Below, in pieces: positions 59,128 through 64,000 of a DNA stretch of 64,000 nt. Under the pieces are notes generated by a model that saw only the letters and a program-made list of their open reading frames with translations, searched no databases and had not been told where the DNA came from. Numbering within the stretch: the stretch's first letter is position 1; each line of letters starts with the position of its first letter. Source of the DNA: Prorocentrum cordatum (lineage: Eukaryota); NCBI GenBank assembly GCA_963575745.1, contig CAUYUJ010000207.1, positions 1 through 64,000 of the forward strand, read 5' to 3'. Made by a program: the position numbers and the translations under genes.

Positions 59128-62100
59128 GGCGAGGAGGGAGGTGCAGTCGATTCTGGAAGGTCTGGCATCGAAGCTCAACCAGTCCCAGTGCGTGAGCATC
59201 ACCATGCATGACATCTTGCGAGCGAGGGCTCGCCTCAAGAGTGGGGCGGCTGGACCTGACCAAGTGACACGGGAGATGCTGCAGCTCATCCCCTTTGCCA
59301 GCCTCAAGACAATCCGACATCATTTCAGCCTGATCGCTAATCGTCGTCAACAGGTCCCCTCGGATTGGAAGAGGTTTCTGGTAACTCTCATCCCGAAGGC
59401 GCCGTCCATTCAGGAGCTCTCAGAGACTAGGGCGATCTGCCTCCTGAGCCTGGTCCAGAAGTGGTACAACCATGTCCTAGTCATTAAAGGGGAACAACAT
59501 CTGGTGAATATCAAACACTCTCTTAACATGTATGGGTTTGTGCAGTTCAGGAAGGTTTCTGAGGTCACATCGTTTACCAAACATCTTTGCCAACATGCGG
59601 CACAATGGGGAAAAGGGGAGAAGCTCTATCTGGCCAGCCTCGATGTACTCCAGGCGTTTGACCACGTTACTATCAAGCTAGCGTTACAAAGTATGGAGAA
59701 GCTTGGTTTTGACCCCGCTTTGATTTATGCCCTTCTTTGTCCTATGACCGAAAACACGTGTAAAGCCACCTTCGAAGGGACCCAGAATTTGGATTGGATT
59801 GGTTGGGATCGGAGTATCAGGACGGGCGGGGTGGACGGACCATTCATATTCAAAGTGGTGAGTGTGGCCTTGTGGAATGATATCGTCGGGACCTGGCCAG
59901 GGCGTGATCTGGGTTATGTAGTCGAGTCCCCCGTTCCCATGCCCACTAGATCGACGATTTCACATGCCCTCTGGGCGGACAATTTGCTGCTGTACGCTAG
60001 AGATGAACGGCAGCTCAGGACCATGGTGACTGAGCTCACTCTCCCCCTGCTCCAGGCCGGCCTCAATTGGAAACCATCCTCTCTCAAGCTCATCCCCTTT
60101 GGCGTCAATGGCTCGAATGATGTAGTTCTTCATATCCAGGCCCACACGTATAAACTTGAATGCGTTAACACTTTGGACATCCTGGGTTACAGGTTGGACA
60201 GATATTGGACACAGCATAGCGATCTGCAGTTCAACTTGGATCGTGCCCGTGGGGCCTTCTTTGCCGACATTGAATATTACAGAAGTCATCGCATCCCGAT
60301 TGAGAGACGATTCCAGCGATACCGACTCCGTATCCAGAGTAAGCTACTTTTCGCAATTGAGGGGATGACGATTGACAACATCACGGCACAAAAAATATTC
60401 TCCTGGGAAGGAAAGTTATTAGCTATCATCGGAGGAAGGAGGAAAGGAGTGAATGAAGATTGGACGGTCTACCAAAAGAGGAGGTTCAAGTATGCTCGCG
60501 ACCAGTTCGCCAACCTTGGATTTCTGTCGGCGGTGGAACTCTTCATTCACAAGAACTGGCTCTGGGCCAAAGATGTCGCTTGCTTTGCCAGAGGCTTTGC
60601 GTGTCAAAATATCCCGACAGCTGCGCTGCACACGGACAGAGTACATGCTTTGTCTCAGAGTGTTTCGCCTGAGCCCCAGAGACCTGCGGCTATGTTTGAT
60701 AGCCGTGGGGGACTGACGGAGCACAAAAAAGATTGTCAACGTTCTTCTGGTCGTGTGTCGTCTGCGTCCAGTATAAGAGCTTCTTTGGAGCCGAACAAAA
60801 AGGATGCTCATTGTTCTTCTGGTCGTGTGTCGTCTGCGTCCAGAATAAGAGTTCCTTTGAGTGATCCGCTGCAGGTGGCGCATCTGTTAGAGTGCGCCAG
60901 GCTCCTGGAAGAAAGGAGCAGCCAGCGTGAATCCCAAGGCACTGTCAGTCCTGCGGCCACAGCCCCCCCAGTCGAAGGCGAGAGCGAACCCACGCCCGCG
61001 GCCAAGAACCGTCGCAGGCAGATTGTGGAGACCCGTCTGGCCGCCAGGGGAGAGAAGCGGTGCCCTGGCCCGAGTCTCACGGCGAGCCAGGAGGAGCTCG
61101 CCAAGCGTGTCAGACAGCCCCAGCGCCCATGCGACAAAAGAGATCGGGATGAAATATGTTCGCCGAGGGGCAGTCAAAAGAGACGGTGTATTGCTCAGGT
61201 GAATGATGACCCCATCGCTTCCGCCGATAGTCTGCCTGCTGCCCCACAGGGAAGTAAGCGACCACGGGACCTCCCCTCTTCTAGCCATGATAGTGAGCCG
61301 CGAGAGGCACGACCCTCTGGCGCAAACGTGAATGTCTTCAAACTCAACGCCTACTCTCAGGCGCGGTTGGGCATGATGCATGCGTCAGGTGACTGGGCCG
61401 CTCATCGTCGCGCGTTCGCTGCGCGCTCGAGGGATTCCCAGGCTGCTCTTCTTGGATGGCGTGGTGGTACTAAATACGTCGGCTGGAGAAAATGGGAAGA
61501 TGTCTTCATTGCGGATCAAGATGGCAACACTAAATGGTGGGAGACTATGACGTTTGGGAAAGAAGATTGGTCGATTTTCGTTGAGAAGTTGCTCAAAAGA
61601 TTGCACCTGCCCGCCATTCTTGACTATCTGGCCAAACCTAGAGTTTCGGTTGCCCGTACGGAGGAGGAGGAGACGAAAGTTAATAATGATAGGATTGCGC
61701 GTCGCATCGCTCATAACTTTGAAAATGAGACTATCTTTGACTATGAGGCGGATAAGATTCCATTTGAAATACTGGGTGATAGCTTGTGTGTGGTCCAATG
61801 GATAAGAGGGCACTGGAGGTGCACGAACATGGGCTATAATAACACCTTGGAGGCGGCACAAAACACTCTTGATGCTATAACGGACACCTGTTTGAGAACT
61901 GCGTGCGCGGGGGCTGACCCAATCAAACATCTTTATAGGGAGGGTAACAGTTATGCTGATGAACTCACGTGGGCTTGCAGAGCTTGCCCACACACATCGA
62001 AGAGAAACGAGTATCTTGCCCCTTTATATACTTCGAAAGTTTTAGGATTGAGGGGTTACTTCGACGGAGGCACCTCGGATATTGGGGCTGGGGGAGGCTG

Positions 62101-62357
62101 GTGGCTGCAGGCTTTTGTAGAACATAAAAATGCTATACAGTGTCACGTGATTGCCGAGGAGGCGTTTGGCCTCGATAGGGAGTCAACCGTGACGGTCTGT
62201 GAGTTAACGGCCGCCTCGAAGCTAATTCACGCAATCTCGCAGATTGCGTCTGTTATAGATAGCGTCTCACACGCTCGGTAGAGCCACTTGCGCCTGGTGG
62301 CCGCGGGGAGCACCGCTGCTTGCATGTGCTGGAGGACCCCACCGCAAAGCCCGCAAA
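59128..62357 (+). mobile_element. 5'-truncated non-LTR retrotransposon LINE-6 (family E): RT plus permuted RNase H
   Basis: Begins right after host AGAGCTCTACG. The frame is open to 62281 with LDVLQAFD, IRTGGVDGP, WADN (59972-59983), GDS, REGNSYAD, FDGG and CE. Tail CCGCAAAGCCCGCAAA joins AACCTGGTTGACGG. Confidence 0.9.
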
Positions 62358-62477
62358 AACCTGGTTGACGGTTTACCGCCAACTCCCAGTTTCCCCTCCC
62401 CGACGGTCTCTTCGCTCTCCGGGTCTTGGAGGCTACCAAGTGGACGCTACCAATGGACGCTACCCAGTGTACACCTG

Positions 62478-62764
62478 CTCCTCGTCGTTTCCCTTCTCCT
62501 CCTTCTCCTCCCGTTCTTCCGTCTCCATCTGCTCTTCTCCTCTTTCTTCCTCCTGCTCCTGTTTTTCCTCCTTCTCCTCATCTTCTTCCTCTTGATCGTC
62601 AGCGTCGTTCCTCTTCTCCCCCTCCGCCCTTCCCCCTTCTCCTCGTCATCCTCCTCCTCCTGCCCCTCCTTCTCCTCCGCCTGCTCCTTCTCCTCCTCCC
62701 TCTCTTCCTCAGCCTCCTCCATCTCCTTCTCGTCCTCACTTCTTCTCCTCCGCGTCCTCCTCCA
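62478..62764. repeat. Polypyrimidine (CCT/CTT) low-complexity tract
   Basis: Almost entirely C and T on the + strand. Confidence 0.85.
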
Positions 62765-63288
62765 TAAAACTGCGCCATCGCGCGCTCGGAATGCGAGACT
62801 GTCGCGCCCGCATTCCATTCATGTATATCGAGGTACCTCTACTCGTAGAGCTTCCCTTAGCTAGTAACTCGTAGAGCTTCCCTTAGCTAGTTGCTGGAAG
62901 CTTAAGAGTAATTCCGGGGCGCTCAAGAGCTAGTTGGCCAGAAAAATATCGACGGATTTTTTCTGACTTTTGGTCGGTTAAAAGTTTTGTTCTCGAAATT
63001 CAACTATTCGTTAGAGCTCTAGTATTTTTTCCCGTGATATTCGATCTGATCCCCGCTCGCCGTTTTAATCTCAGGTCGTTCGGGTAGATACTACTGCCAA
63101 AAAGCACTTCGGCGGGGTCGGCCGTTTCGGGCCATCTTGACACGCGATGGCGGTTTTCTGAACATAACTCGAGCTTTAGAACAGCTACAGAGCTGATACT
63201 AACAGAAACCCTCTTAGAATGATCATGCGCGTTCGTCTGTTGCATCCGGAGGTCTGAACGGTCTGCTAGCCGAGCTAGGTCCGCGAAG

Positions 63289-63690
63289 CTGGGAACTGGC
63301 GGTAAACCGTCAACCAGGTTGCCGCCGGGGCCCTCGTAGAGCTCTTTTCTCGCACGGCGCTCCTCGGTACACATGGAGGAAGCGTCTGGAGCAAGACCCG
63401 ACAAACTTGAAAATTCACGTTTTTATGTCTTTATCCAAAGATGGTTCCCCCAAGTGTTTTAATAGTAATACTGCGCCTACGGACCTGAGAATTTGACTGG
63501 CAGACGCGGCATAACCCACTACAGGTGCGAAAAATCTGGTCTCTCAAAATGATTTGTCAAATCTTTTTCAAATCTTAGCAAAACCGACCCAAAGTTACCA
63601 GATCTCCTTTTCTCGCCGGGTCGACCAACTAGCTCCACCCCGCGCCGGAATTCCTCTTAGCTCATCGATAACGAGGAGCTCTACGAGGTA
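63289..63690 (-). mobile_element. Helitron2-like family B element, inverted, 402 bp
   Basis: The reverse complement reads TACCTCGTAGAGCTC ... GTTCCCAG. Flanks rejoin CCGCGAAG|CTATTCGTA. Confidence 0.82.
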
Positions 63691-64000
63691 CTATTCGTAA
63701 TATTCGAGTCATCTTGACGGTGCTGTCGGTTTTTTTACTTAACTCGAGCTGCAGGACAGCTACAGAGCTGATATTGACAGACACCCATCCAGAATCATTA
63801 GGCGCGTCCATCTGTTGCATCTAGAGGTCTGAACTCGGTCTGCTACGCGAGCTATGTCCACGAACCTATTCGTATTATTCGAGTCATCTTGAGGGGTGCT
63901 GTCGGTTTTCTGTACTTAACTCGAGCTGTAGGACAGCTACAGAGCTGATATTAACAGAAACCCTCTTAGAATGATCAGGCGCGTTCGTCTGTTGCATCCA

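Noticed and set aside
62320..62864. Ser/Pro/Leu- or Glu/Arg-rich ORFs
   Set aside because: They are translations of the CT low-complexity tract.
1..64000. Autonomous Rep/helicase or other transposase for the host elements
   Set aside because: No ORF with HUH, helicase, DDE or recombinase motifs is visible in the window.

Overview
This is eukaryotic repeat DNA, probably from a dinoflagellate (inferred from spliced-leader-like GCTCAAG relics), with no ordinary host genes. It is a two-layer nest of mobile elements. Layer 1: dozens of nested, non-autonomous Helitron2/Helentron-like elements. They start TA(A/C)CTCGTAGAGCT, carry a 14-15 bp subterminal inverted repeat and a 3' GC hairpin CCGGCGGT(A/G)A-loop-T(T/C)ACCGCCGG, end in CCCAG, and insert before a T with no TSD. 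One family is ~1.1-1.2 kb and built of ~178-bp tandem monomers; the other is ~0.4 kb. Layer 2: seven non-LTR retrotransposons from at least five divergent families plus three non-coding SINE-like insertions. All ten sit in the loop of that 3' hairpin, in the same orientation, several with 10-11 bp TSDs ending GGTTG. The LINEs share an unusual set of features. ORF1 and ORF2 are in frame across a single stop codon, with no AUG before the endonuclease. The RT has WADN in place of YxDD and RTG in place of RQG. The C-terminal RNase H has its catalytic motifs in circularly permuted order. A covarying 3' stem-bulge-stem is followed by GCAAA..CGCAAAA. The copy at 10400-16366 is intact. All calls rest on manual reading of the sequence; no database searches were run.
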